63,556 nt of DNA, filler included, from Nemertoderma westbladi (GCA_032718475.1; 4 parts of 4 records of this genome joined end to end with filler, not necessarily neighbours in it), one strand, 5' to 3'; shown: positions 22,893-36,674, counted from the whole stretch's first letter. Notes: generated by a model not told the origin, from the sequence alone. Translations and numbers: made by a program.

Positions 22893-25439
22893 GTAGTACA
22901 ACACGTGGAACGATGGGTTGGGCCAATCGTAGGGCAAATGACAATTTATTGCTCCAATGTGCGTTCATAGAATGTTGTAGAATGTTCTAGTTGATTCCAT
23001 GCTTAGGATTTGCTATATAAGGGACGGTTTGCTCTTCGGTTATCACTTAATCTTAACTTGTTATCACTTAATCTTAACTTGTTATCACTTAGTCTTAACT
23101 TACCTCTTACTTTAGTTTAGTTCCCCCTTTTGTTATTTTAAAAAGTTAAGTTCGATAAGTCTTTGTAATTACGTTAAATATACTGCAAACTCTCAGCTAT
23201 GTAGTTTTAACATATCTATCTTGAGAAAGCCAAATGCTTCGGAGAATGGCTGCCTAGACCGTTAGGCCTCAGCAACGCAAGGGAAAAGATGTCCACGACA
23301 CATTAGAGAGCTCACATTATCTTCGCCCATGCCCATTCGCGAGTATGCCTCACAGCCAGGAAGCGCCCACGTCAGAGGAAGTTAAGACTTTGTTTGATGC
23401 CCTTACCCGCCGTAAGACCTTAGATCAGAGTAAAGCATGACGCCGTCCTGAGACGCCGTCAAATTTAGGATCAAATATCTCAGATTCAGACAGGAAAAAC
23501 CCCAGTCAACCTGTATCTCCTATAGGTGCGAGCTGTTGCTGTTCGTCAGTACACGCAAGTACACTTAGGTGCAAATAGCACGCTCTATAATTTGGTGATT
23601 TGCAGTACTGACAGTACAGTACCATCTTAGCTTTGTAGGACTCATAGATTGAGTGACATGTCTGACTCCAAAGTATTTGATCAGGCAAGTGGCAGCTTTC
23701 CGCTACCGGCACAAGTTTGGCTAAGGGAGGTTTACTAACATCCTACCACGCCCTTGCCACGTACGGATGGTATTTACTGCTGACCACCACAGTAACAAAG
23801 TTCTAGAATCAAATTTATATACCAGATCAGCTATACTTACGGTAGTAAATTAACACCTATTTCCTTATCTCACAATCAGAATCTGGTATTAGTGCCGATT
23901 ACTGGTGTAGTTATTAACACCGTAATTGCCCGGTTGAGTTGTGAATGAAGGAGGAGAGAGCCCTTTTGACGTCAGTTTGTAAGTATTACGCCTACAGCGT
24001 GCGACTAGCTTATTCGAGTAGCTAGCGCCCGGTATTGTTATTTTGATTAAAATCACCAAAACCTAGTATGATGGCGATACACCAAAATTGTTTTATTTGT
24101 AACACAAACAAACACACACACGCGTCTTCAGATCTAAGCTAGGCTACTGACTACGATAGGCTTAGGCGATAGGTAAGAAATATTCAATTATTTGCGGAGA
24201 TATTTGGTATTTTTTACTCAGGCAGAGAGGCACCCTTTTGACTGCTATTTTCCTGTCGGCAGTATTGTTTTATGCTAGTATTGTTAACCCGCTAGCTCGA
24301 ATATAACCATATAAATTACACTGCGGCAAGTTTACAGTATTTTGGGTCCATTAGTGATAGTTAGGATTTGCTACGGCATGGGGATTGTTTTCCCGTGAGT
24401 TTGGTCTGTATCAGTAGACTGTACAACTGCCTCACCAGTTAGAGGCCGGTCATCCTGTTTGTCTAGTTAGCCCGGGCTTTTGATTCGCCCACATATTAGA
24501 ATAGACATCAGGCCCCGTTCCTCGCCAGTAGTAGTTTGTGTACTTAGTATCTGTTTATTTAGACACCCTGGACTGGGATTTCTTGTCAGATACTGTACAA
24601 GCCCATATACACTGCTGGATTCTACAGTAAGGTACTTCGTTACTAGGATCCGGTCGGCGGTATACTACTGGCCTTATCAGTAGGAGATACTTTATAATTT
24701 AAAATTAGTAGAATTAGTAATTTGTAGAATGTTTCTTACTGATAAGCCTTTAGGGTAGCTAGTAGATTCGTATTTGGCTAGCTGTAAATAGCTAGTTAGT
24801 TTGTAATTATTTTGTCTTAGGCCATTGGCGGCGTTACTTTTTTTCGGAACTTGAAAGGGTACGCAAGGTTTAAAGACCAATTTTTATCGGTACCTAGGAA
24901 AATATTTTAGTAGTCCATAAAACTCTCACCTTCGATTTTTCAGAACTCAAGGACTCATTTCTGGACCGCCTCAAAGGATTAGGCCGTTTTTAGCAAGTTT
25001 GGGAGGTACACGATTCGTCCGTGATGATGGAAATGGAACAGTTCTCGTCCAGTTTGTATCTGGGGATCTGTTTGACTGGAAGATCAAAGGAACATAAGTT
25101 TTACGACTCGTGTCGTTTAAACTTAGAGCCCAGCAGCACTCAAAATTTGTGGGTTCCACTGTCTAATTTATGTGTTTGTTGGTACTTATTTTCCCCTAGA
25201 CGTTGCTGTTTTGCCTATAATTTGTACTTGTTGATCTATATTTTGGTAGCGTATACCGCTATCTCACTTATTCGTACAGATTTAGCTGGTATGCTGAATT
25301 ATTAATACCTTTATTATATACCCTTTGATTTTATTTGTACCGGTTAGGGTATATATAGTATATATATATACCGAGGTAAGTTTTGCTTCGGGACTGCGAG
25401 GCATACAGCTCGTTCAACCTAATTGGTTCGGACCACAGA

Positions 25440-27240
25440 ATTGTGACTGCAGAACTCAGACTCAGTTTGAGAGCCAGCAAACCCAGGACAAGCAGCAAAT
25501 CAACTATGACTGGGAGAAACTCAGAACTGACAATGCAGTAAAGGATGCTTATGCAGTAGAAGTTCAAAACCGCTTTGAAGCACTTCAGTCAATGGATAAA
25601 GACCAGTCCACTGATTCAATATACCAGAATATAATAAAAGCCCACAAGGAATCAGCTAAGAGGCATATCCCCCAGAAACCCAAACGAAAACAGTATGTGC
25701 CATGGCAACACTCTGAGGTTACTTGTAAGAGAGAAGATCTTAAGATAGCCTACAAAGTAAAAACCGAACAACCGATTAACAAGGTTGAGAAAGCTAAGGA
25801 AGATCTTAAATTGGCCAACAAGATTGCAGAAATTACAACTGATCACATACAGCAACAATCAAGACTTACCTGGCAAACTGTGAATGAGGTATCTGGTCGG
25901 AAAAGTTGTGCAAAGGGGCGCCTCAAAGCCGATAGTTCCGAAGAACGTGTGGGGAAGTGGAAAAATCACTTCAGCAACTTGCTTGGGCAGCCACCAAACA
26001 GCGAGGTCAGCCCTACAAGGAAAATATATGACAAGATACTACCTATAGAGACAGGGGATTTCATACCTGCCAAACTCCAAAGATGCATTAAAAGCATGTC
26101 CAATAATAAAGCACTAGTGGATTATATGAAATTCCAGCGGAGGTATGGAAAACAGGAGTGCTAAACAGACCATTATTGAATGTTTGCAACCGGATGTTAA
26201 AAGGGGAAAAGCCTCCACCAATTTGGACTAAAGGTCAACTAAAGCCTCTCCCCAAGAAAGGAGACCTCGGTATACCAACAAACTATCGTGGGATCTGTTT
26301 GCTTGTGGTAGCTGCCAAAATATACAATAAAATCATTCTATATAGGATTAGGCCTCACATAGAGAAACTACTGCGTAAGAGCCAAAACGGATTTCAACCA
26401 AGTAGATCAACAATAGCTCAGATACTTGCACTACGGAGACTGATTGAAGGAATTAAGTCAAAGAATCTCCCTGCAGTGATGACTTTTGTGGACTTCAAGA
26501 AGGCATTCGACTCCATCCATAGAGGTAAAATGCTTGAAATCATAAGAGCTTATGGAATACAAGAAGCAATCGTTGCTGGCATTGGATTGTTATATTGTGA
26601 CACAGAAGCATAGGTACTCTCACCAGATGGTGAGACTGAGTTTTTCTCAATCCTGGCTGGTATACTGCAAGGTGACACATTAGCACCATTACTATTTGTA
26701 ATTGTACTGGATTACACAATGAGGATGGCCACAAAGGGTGAAGATCTGCGATTCACACTTCAAGTACGCATAAGTAGTAGATATCCGTCAACTACAGTCA
26801 CAGACACCGACTTTGCGGATGACATAGTCTGAAGACTAAGTTCTTTCGAGCCACAGTGGAATGTGTATTTTTATACGGGGATGAGACCTGGACACTGACT
26901 AACTCACTTGAACAACGAATTGATGGTTGCTACACAAGACTACAAAGGGCAGCCCTCAATATCAGCTGGAGACAACACATGATAAATGCCGAGCTTTATG
27001 GTACAATACCACCTGTATCAACCACCCTCCGTGAACGCAGATTAAGATTCAGTTCTGGCGAAGTAAAGATGAGGTCATAACAGATCTACTTTTCTGGCAA
27101 CCAACTCATGGAAAGCATAGTCGTGGACGACCGGCCTTTATATATACTTGAAAGGGATACTGAACTTGGGAGAATCGAAATTGCAACAACTATGGAGAAT
27201 CAGGAAGCCTGGATGAGTTCGCTCGACTTAGTCGTAGTAA
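25440..27240 (+). mobile_element. RTE-like LINE, 5'-truncated, degenerate RT
   Basis: VQNRFEAL, PLPKKGDL..NYRGICL, QNGF, FVDFKKAFDS, GILQGDTLAP, TDFADD; internal deletion; (TAG)-like tail; 3' part nearly identical to 62021-62370. Confidence 0.92.
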
Positions 27241-27315
27241 GTTTTGACATTTTGACATTTCGGCATTCTGACATTTCGACATTTTTTACCCGTATTTGAG
27301 GTATATAATACAGAC

Positions 27316-29523
27316 ATGAGTGATACACCACACTCGACTAGACACCCACCTACCGACTATGATTCGTGTGACGCAGACAGATCGACAGTAGACGACCCAA
27401 GAAGGAGGACTCGCAATTCTACCGATGTCACACCGCATACGTCGCCGGTACCACCTACGGAAATACCGGAAGCCATAGCACGTGGCGACGGTAGAACATA
27501 AGACTTCCTTACTGTCCTGCAAACCAGATTGTGGGAACCTGACATGGGAAGTTTGACTGGAAGCGAGGAGAACATTATTAGGAGTATAGGAGGACACATG
27601 GCCCAGATTACTCAAAATATCGGAGAAGGTTTTTGCGTCATGGGCGAATTAACCGTCCCGATGTCGAGATACGAGTTCTACACCCTTCAGGTAAGAGTAG
27701 AAAGTAGGGTACATGCCTCCATAGATAAACTTAAAGGTTGCAGAGTTGCATGTGACAACTTTACTCAGGTAATGATAATAGATAAATTGGTAAGTGCGAG
27801 GGAAAGTCTCATTCAGTTTAAGTCGGTTGTAGGATCGACTCAGCAAGAACAACTCGATCAACTGATGGGTGAGTCTGTTTCCGACGCATGGTTGCAACCC
27901 AAAGAGGAAGAAGAACTATACTGCCTGGACGGGAGGTTAGAGGCACTCACCAATTTTCTCCGTAGATGTGACGTACCGATCGAAGAACCGGAAGTTGTAC
28001 CGAGAGGGACGATGGAAGTTCTAACTACGGGAGGCTCGACAGCCTACCAAATTCCACAACTGGATAGATCGTTCGTCAGCATACGGAGCAAAGCTGATGT
28101 TAGTCGGTCGACGTCAGTGATTACTCGAGGACAACAGGAGATCGCACGCCAACAACAAGTCGCCGAGGAAGAAGCGCAACAGCAGATGGCCCAAGTTGCT
28201 GTCGAGAAAGAAAGGCAACACCGGGAATATGAAGCGAAAATTGTTAATCTTCAGGCCCAAGCCGAGTTTGAAGCGTCAGAAATGCGCAAATTGGAGGAGG
28301 AGTTAGCGCGACAAACAGAAGCAGCCGAGTTAGCATGAAACAAGGCAGCTTCTGACGCATATGCCAAACTAGAAGTGCGACAGATAAACGCTCGTTTAGC
28401 CATACGAACGTTTAGCCGAACGCGAAAGCCATAACCTATGCCACCCCAATGGATACCTCCAAGGTTCTGAGGCCTATTGGCACCAAGCAGCCACAACAAC
28501 AGTTGCCAGCAAATTTTGTGGGATGTCAATTCTGCGAGTGGAACGGCGGAAGATACAGCGGACACAAGCTACGAGGATGTCGCGCATTCAAGGATCTATG
28601 AGTTGAGGAAAGACGACTCCAGATTCGCCCATTGGACTCTTGCTGGGATGTACCTTGCCTGGACATGTCCGAAAGGACTGCCCAAGCGATGACACATGTC
28701 CTCTGTGTGGACGCAACCACGACACATTGCTCCACACTACTAGTCATACTCCGACTAAGCGTTTTTGACGAGAATATCCCGATAAAGCGGCTAGATGTGA
28801 TGTGCTTTATAAAGAGCGCACACCACGCGAAATCCGTACTTTCTACATGGATTATGTGGATCAATCAGGTTCGTCTGACGAGGAAGAGACGGAGGACGAA
28901 ACCTTTTACGTGCATGCGGGGGAGGAGGAACAACCATCTGTAACACTCCTTACACAGAATCAGTTGAAGGGTTTCAGCGTGATTCCTATTAAGATCACCA
29001 GAACCAGAGGGAGCAAGCATATATACGCTATCTTGGACTCTGCGTTTTCACACAGCTACGTTGATGAACAAGTGGCCGACGTAGTTACAGACATGAGCCA
29101 AGGTAAGACTGCTCAATATACTGTTAGTAGCATGCATGGTAAGAGGGCGATACCCATAATGAGAGTCAAACTAACCTTAGATACTCTTCTTTGTAAAGCG
29201 GAACATAGCAGAGAGGAAAGCTCATTACTTCCGGTAAGGAACTTGACATTTGCTGCCACCAAGGACTTTAGTAACCTTCTTGGTCCTGTGCCAGAACAAT
29301 CCCCGGAAGACCGTAAGTATTTCTGACATCTTGGATATACCGGAATGTCCTGTTAACTATCGCTCAATTGCGATGTTGATTGGGACAGACCAGTTCAACT
29401 TGCATCAAGTATGGGAGACACGCCCATCTGTAGTAACAGCGGTCAACCCTTACGCTTCTTGTAGAACTCCCATAGGTTGGTATACCAGAGCGCCTGTGCG
29501 TTCACTAGAGGTGAGGACCATTG
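27316..29523 (+). mobile_element. BEL/Pao LTR retrotransposon gag-protease relic
   Basis: Coiled-coil gag-like ORF; aspartic protease IYAILDSAFSHSYVDE; LIGTD and RTPIGW motifs typical of Pao-type polyproteins; multiple stops and frameshifts. Confidence 0.7.
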
Positions 29524-30881
29524 GACATTGGTCCTTTTATAGCAATAATTTTGTTTTGCATATGTTGATCTTTCATTTGAATGGCAGCTTGGGGCGTAGC
29601 AAGGCCTAGCAAAAAAATTTTGATCCCGAAAGTTCTAGAACACATATTTTAAAGATATTTTTGTGGTTTTTAAAGAATATATCACTTTTAGTACATACTG
29701 TATTTGCATTTAAAATACTATATATTTGACATTAAATATGAATTCGGCATACTCCGGGGAACAATTAAAAAAAAAAATTTGAAATTCCTTAAAAATTGAC
29801 TGATTTATCAAATATTTTCAATTTTCCCAATTTGGCATGAAAATTTCATTTTTTTCATATAAATTTGAAATTTTGGACTTGTTGAGCTAGATTTTCTTCC
29901 CAGACATGAAAATTTTGAAAGTCTGACAGTCAATTTGTCGAAAACAAAAGCCGTAAAATTCAGGAGAGGTGGACACCCGGCAAGATCAGATATATTGACA
30001 TATATGGGACAAAGTATAGAATTTTGTGATAGTTTCGAATATCTAGGAGTGGTACTATCCACAAAGAACGGCGCCAGCAAACACTACACACACCTATATA
30101 AGAAAGGTATAGCATGTTGTGCTCGAATCGCCACCAAAGTCAACCTACCAATGACTAACATGGAAACCGCTAGGAAATTATACATAGCTATTGTCCTTCC
30201 GACAGTAACATATGGTTGTGATATATTCACCACAAAAGATAATATTAACTCTTTGGAACATATACGTAAAGTACAGTACGTGCCTTTTACTGGAAAATGT
30301 GGTGCGGAATCTCGAAATATGCCCGGTCCAACCCTATTCTAGAATCAATTGACAACGCTTCGAGCTCTGACACTAACTTAGCGGGTTTAACAGGCTATCG
30401 GCGGCGATCAATGGCACAGCTAGTGTCAAACGGTTGCCACCATAAGCTATGTTCCACACCGAACTGCTGGTCACCTATCGATTCATGCATTTGCTGTTTA
30501 TGCAGTTGCCAAGCAACAGAAGCCACCCATTACATTAATTGCACCTCATTTCCTCGTGGATTGTCGAAGCTGAAGGCTGCCCTGTTTTTAATGAACTATG
30601 AACATCAACCTACATGATTTTTAACTCATTATTGTTTTATAAATTAAGTTACTAGAATATTATTAATTTTAAAAAAATTGTGCTGTTACTAAATAAATAA
30701 TTAATTAATTTTACCACGAAAACCAAAATGTTTTGGTAATAAACGTGTACTCTCGATTCAAAATTTTGAAATGAAGTATATTTTCTGAGGTTTTCAGATA
30801 TGGCGAATCGAATGGTGACATTGAAAAAAGTTTTTGAGCACGTCGGTTTTTGCCTATTTTGGCCACTCTTGACCCACTGTG
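29524..30881. mobile_element. Transib-like non-autonomous element inserted in the BEL relic
   Basis: Right end reverse complement CACAGTGGGTC; left end GACATTGGTCC; 5-bp TSD CATTG (29519-23) / CATTC (30882-86). Confidence 0.55.
29905..30700 (+). mobile_element. CR1/L2-like LINE 3' fragment nested in the Transib-like element
   Basis: VNLSKTKAVKF, FEYLGVVL, LYIAIVLPTVTYG, C-terminal Cys/His cluster (CCLC...HYINC), AAAT-rich tail. Confidence 0.7.
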
Positions 30882-31500
30882 CATTCCTGTGGTCCCACTG
30901 TACTTACAGTACCACGACAGACTTACATCACCACTAACACCGACGTAACAGACTTGGACGAGACCACACGGACCTCTAAATTACAGCTACTTGCAGCGAA
31001 ACAGGTTGTATCGACCACCGAAGAGCAAAGGGTTGTTGCTGTGGATGTCTCGATTAATGAGGATCTTGGAAGGCTTGCGAGCCTACCGACAGATCCAAAC
31101 GTCGTTGACCCCATCCACCAGGCTTCGACACCGGTCGCTGATCTTGGAAGGCTTGCAAGCCTACCGATAGATCAAAAGGTTGCCTAACTGCCTCACGACG
31201 TTTCGATGCTGACTAGTGACATCGGAAGGCTTGCCAGCCTACCAGCCACATTGACACTAGCCACCGCAGCGGACGACAATGTAGACGAGGACCATGGCGC
31301 AGTGCAAGCAGCGCTTGTCAGACTGCTGACTGAGAAAACCATCAAGTGGTTGGAACAGGACTCAGCAGAACCAGGAAGCTGGGACACCGCTATGTCAGAA
31401 CAGGGAAAACGGCCATTAAAGATTATGAAGGATACCATTCACCAGACCACGAATGGCCACTACGAAGTTGGGATGTTGTGGCGCCATGGACAATGTAAAC
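30882..31500 (+). mobile_element. Continuation of the BEL/Pao relic (pre-RT region)
   Basis: MS.QGKRPLKIMKDTI...GHYEVGMLWR resembles the conserved Pao pre-RT motif; three LGRLASLP repeats. Confidence 0.6.
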
Positions 31501-32929
31501 AGGAGGGGAGGAAACGACCGAGGCAGGACGATGACAGAGGCAAAGAGATGAGATAGTTTCCAGAGGGTACGGGGAGGAGAACTTTAGGACTCTAGAACTG
31601 ATTACAGGCGATGTTGATGTGCCTGGAAGGCAACACATGGACACATAAGTATAAATAATTCTCACTCAAGTGCAATTAATATAAGTGCAATTAGTAAGTA
31701 TGTAGGTAATCAATCAGTCCTAAAGAAATATAATATACATAGAAAAGTCAGATATAACCTTTTCCAATTAGCTACTGGGACTAGGGTCTAATTGACTGAA
31801 ACAGGAGTGTGGGACATTGATGGATCGCACTGACATGCATAAGGCCCGATAGGAGTGTGTGGAGAGTGACGGCAAAAGGGGGTTCAGTATGAGAGAAGCG
31901 TGGGGGGAAGGTGCTAGGACTTGGGGGAATGTAAGGAGTGCGAGGTCCAAGTGTGGGGAGCGAGCTTAAAGAGGGATGAGTCCTATGGGACTAGTGAATG
32001 AGGAGAACGGACAACAGAGTCCGACATAATACTGTGTGAGGAGAGAAGGCGATAGTCTAAAATAGGGACGCCAGATGCCTTGGTACAGCTTAGCTCGCAG
32101 ATGTACCAAGGATGGGTAGTGAAAACATACCCAGGGGGGGGGGGGGCAGTCTGGAAAGCTGGCCTCGAGAAGAGAATTCCACCCCACATCCAATACTAGA
32201 TTGGATTCCAGTGGAATTGGAGCGCACTTGAGGTTGATGCTATCTTTTCACCAGGAATATAGCATGGGGGGAGTGTAAGCGGATCCAATTCGCTGCACTA
32301 CCTAGTGCAAAATGGGGAAAGTTTCTTTTTACCAATCATAGTTGGCTAGGTGACAGTACCAATATAATGTCACCTAATAACCAACGAAGGCAATATACAC
32401 TGCCAGCCACAGGGAGAGATGAAAAGCTATAAGCCATCTCAGTGGGGAAGAAGGAAGCTAGAACGTGAGCATCAGAGAACAGGGAGTGCCAAGGGAGGGA
32501 AGAATAGATTCGCCAATTGTGGGGCTGTAAACCATCTGATTGGGATGAATCCATTGACCAGGCCAAATACCAAGTAGCAATATTCCATATGTGTTAGTAA
32601 TATAACCGTTGCCTTTATTACCTGTTGTTCAGTTGGTTTGTGTAGAGTTGTGGAAGCAAGATGGTTTAGACCATCGTCATGAACCGTGCTATTACTGTAT
32701 ACTGATTGTGCTATTATTGTATTCTGTCATTACGAACAACTGCCACTAAAAATTCAGTTATTCTATCGGCCTCCGGCCTTTCAGATACCACAAGCCTTTT
32801 AGCAGCCAGCGGACGCAGCGATGCGTACTACCGAAACGCAAAACACACGGGTCGGGATTCCCTCCTCAACTCGGGGATCCCATCACAAATTACATAGAAT
32901 AAAATAGCCTCGCGCAGATGCTAAATCAT

Positions 32930-33283
32930 GCAACATTTGAACGCTCATATCTCAGCTATTTTACGACCAAATTCAGATTATGATATATATATATTTGAAT
33001 CCTTGCATGGCCCGCTGTCCGTCAATATCAACAAATCGCTATAAGGTTGAAGAATATCTGCGTTGTATCTGGCGCAATACCGATGAAGACACCTTTTTCA
33101 AACGCTTGTAGCTAAAGAATGAAAGCAAAAATAAAAATTCTGGCTCACCCAGCAAGGATGAGGGAGGTGAAACTATTTCTGTTTCAAATTTCATGCAATC
33201 TCAATAAGATTTGTAGAAAAATTTGGGGGGGGGGGGGGGTCCAGGTACCTCAATAACGACACTATATTCCAGGACATGGTGTA
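32930..33283. repeat. Dispersed repeat (transposon end) shared with 49700-50015
   Basis: ttttcaaacgct(t/c)gtagctaaagaatgaaag, poly-G run and acactatattcc are present in the same order at both sites. Confidence 0.65.
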
Positions 33284-34334
33284 CAGTGTACATAATAATG
33301 TTAATACACATATTCAAATGTATAAATATCATTGTTGATTCGACGATATGGTATTTGCGTTCAACCCCCATGTCTTCTTTCTGTCATCCTCTGTGTTTGT
33401 CAGGTGTGCTAGGGCTGTAAAGGAAAATAATAAATGGAATTAATACTATACATCATAAATACAGAGTCTTATTTGATTTCATATTAATAATAATGCCGTC
33501 TGTAGTCTGTCTACATTAGACAATTCAGAGCGCAAATAATGGGTGTTTAATAAAGGATTACAATTTAGATTACATTCAGTATAATATATTTCTCAATCCG
33601 CTCAGTAACTATATCTTTAAAATCAATTTGCCTTTTTGTGCATTTCCCACTCCAAAAACTGTAGTTTTGCGCTAGGATCACTTGCGCAACAAGCCACCCG
33701 GATTAGTACACATTAAAGTGCTATTGTAGGCCTACTTTACACACGTATAGTTTTGTATAAACTTATTTTATATCTATAAAATAACGTACTATTTATACTG
33801 ATAAATAATTAACTTACTTGCATCATGGCCATGGTGATCACCAGTCAGTTTTCAAGTTCACACGCATAGTAGTTGCTTCTCATATACTTGACAATTAAAC
33901 CCACTTCCCCTGTGGTGATATCTTGGTGATACCTTTATTGCACTTTTCCCTTTCCAGTATAACAAGTTACAGTATGTACTGGAAATGTTGCACTGTATAA
34001 AATAATATTTGAAACAAAAATACCTCGACACACACACCATACAGTATACTGTACCCGCTAAATTCACAAATTAAAATTATTAATTTAAACTGCAACAAAA
34101 GTTGTACCACAAATAATAATAATAATAATAAGCTACAATAATTAATATTAAAACTACAGAATTGATGTGAAACAATATTACCGTCTCATAAAATGGAGTG
34201 CAGTAAATTAAAACAAATGGCAGTGATTTTTTTATGTCCGTTTATTTGACTTTTTTTGTCCGCCTTTTTTTACCATTGTGGATAATGACTTTTATTGTCC
34301 GTTTAATGACTTTTTAAGTATATTTCTTCCAAAT

Positions 34335-34570
34335 GTCAGACAGCTGATTTCTGGACTGTCAGACAGTTGATTTCAACATGCCTGTGCCAAACATTCAAAA
34401 TTTGTTGATTTCTGGACTGTCGGAGTGTTGATTTCACTATGCCTGTGCCAAAACATTAAAAATTTGTTGATTTCTTGACTTTCAGACAGATTAATTTACA
34501 ATAATTGTGGCAAAACATTCAAAATTCCATGATTTATAGACTATGAGATAGATTTCCATATGCGCCTGTG
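34335..34570. repeat. Degenerate ~60-bp tandem repeat
   Basis: About 4 units of gatttctggactgtcagacagttgatttc...tgcctgtgccaaacattcaaaattt. Confidence 0.65.
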
Positions 34571-34650
34571 GTAAAATTTAATAGTTTGTGGTTGTTGTCG
34601 ATAATCGATTACATAACGTAGCAAAACACTCATTTTATAGCCAAAAACAA

Positions 34651-35630
34651 TTACCAATTGATGGAAAGGATCAGGTTACGAAGCAGGCTTTTCTAACCAA
34701 AACAATAAACGATCACTTAACTAATTGAGGGAAAGGAGCAGGTTACAGCGGCGGGATTTTCTAACTAAAACAATAAACGATCACTTAACTAATTGAGGGA
34801 AAGGAGCAGGTTACAGCGGCGGGATTTTCTAACCAAAACAATAAAACAGTCACTTTACCAAATGAAGGAAAGGAGCAGGTTACAGGTCAGAGGCGGGCTT
34901 TCTAACCAAAACAATAAACGGTCACTTTACCAAATCAGGGAAAGGAGCAGGTCACAGAGGCGAGTTTTTATAACCAAAACAATAAACGATCACTTAACTA
35001 ATTCAGGGAAAGGAGCAGGTTACAGAGGCGGGATTTTCTAACTAAAACAATAAACGATCACTTAACTAATTGCGGGAAGGAGCAGGTTACAGAGGAGGGA
35101 TTTTCTAACCAAAACAATTAACAGTCACTTTACCAAATGAAGGAAAGGAGCAGGTGACATAGATGGTCTTTTCTAACCAAAACAATAAACGATAACATTA
35201 CCAATTGAGGGAAAGGAGCAGGTTACAGAGGCGGGCTTTTCTATCCTAAACAATAAACGATCACTTTCCAATTGAGGCAAAGGAGCAGGTTACATAGACT
35301 CGCTATTCTAACCAAAACAATAACAATCACTTTACCTATTGAGACAAAGGAGCAGGTACCAGAGGCGGGTTTTTCTAATCAAAACAATAAACGATCACTT
35401 TACCAATTGGGGGAAAAGAGAAGGTTGCAGAGGCGGGCTTTTCTAACCAAAACAATAATTAACGATCACACTTACCAATTGAGGGAAAGTAGCAGGTTAC
35501 AGAAGCGGGTGTTTCTAACCAAAACAATAAACGATCACTTTCAGCAATTGGGGAAAGGAGCAGGTCACAGAAACGGAATTTTCTAACCAAAACAATAAAC
35601 GATACCACTTCACCAATTGAGGAAAAGGAG
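34651..35630. repeat. ~68-bp satellite, ~14-15 copies
   Basis: Unit ccaattgagggaaaggagcaggttacagaggcgggcttttctaaccaaaacaataaacgatcactt; period 68 (34711 to 34779). Confidence 0.95.
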
Positions 35631-35795
35631 CATTTTACGCGCAGCATTATTTTACATTATGTACAGTTGTATATATCCTTTATTGGGATAACCCCTTTGC
35701 TTTTTAGCTAAAACCGGCCCGATATTTTCGATATCAGTGTGTTTTCGCTATCAAATGGGGAATAAGTAGATTTTTCGAACACATTATATGTGGAC

Positions 35796-35874
35796 CAAGG
35801 ACTACTATACTACTACTATACTATACTACTACTACTACTACTACTATACTACTACTGTAGTATAGTAGTCCTTG
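35796..35874. mobile_element. 79-bp micro-MITE (TIR CAAGGACTACTATACTAC, 8-bp TSD ATGTGGAC)
   Basis: 18-bp perfect TIR, (CTA)n interior, ATGTGGAC at 35788-95 and 35875-82. Confidence 0.85.
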
Positions 35875-36674
35875 ATGTGGACTGATCTGTTAGTTTAGAA
35901 CTACATTATAGATTTAGAGGTACCACTACAGCTACCCATAACATTACAGTAGTCACTGATCCATTTTAAATGCATTATCCAGATATGTATCAATTATCTA
36001 AAATTTATTAATTATTTAAAAGGTACAGTAGCGCGGTCAGCCGGTACTAAAATTCTGAAATAAGTTTATTAATTACCATCTTTCTCTCATTTATAACTGT
36101 TTAGGCTACATATCAGATTACCGGTATCAGTATCTATTGTACAGTAGCTGAGTATTATAATGCTATATAATTCTTTCTAAGGCATAGGCTTTATACCTAC
36201 ATACAAATTTACAGCAATAGGCCTACTGCAAAATACTGCTCTATATACTAATACCGGTACAACTAAGAGAACAGCAGTAGAGAAACCGGTAGCATGGAGC
36301 CTAACGGTGGATTTCTGGCGGACATAAAAAGTAAAAAAAAAGGACATTATGAGTGATTTAAACGGACAAGAAAAATTATTGTCAAAAAATTGCCAAAAAT
36401 CCAAAATTAAAAAAATCCAAATTTATATATATCTAAGTTTAGTCCTTTGTATAACAGCGTGAATGATGAGTGGCCAGACTGTTAACCCAACAGTTCCAGC
36501 CATACAGTTACAGTCTCTCTAAGAAATCCGCCAATCCGCGAAAATGATCCTGACCAATATATTTATTCAGATTAGCCTTTATCCCAGAGACAGGGGGGGG
36601 GGGGGGGGGGGGACTCGACGCAAAACCCGTCTTGGCGACTTAATATCCCGCCTCAATGTTAAATTCTCAATTTA

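Noticed and set aside
22893-25430. LTR(s) and PBS for the BEL relic (TATA box at ~23014, 21-bp triple repeat at 23039-23100, TGGTTCGG at 25423)
   Set aside because: LTR-like in texture, but there is no second copy, TSD or identifiable tRNA complement in the window.
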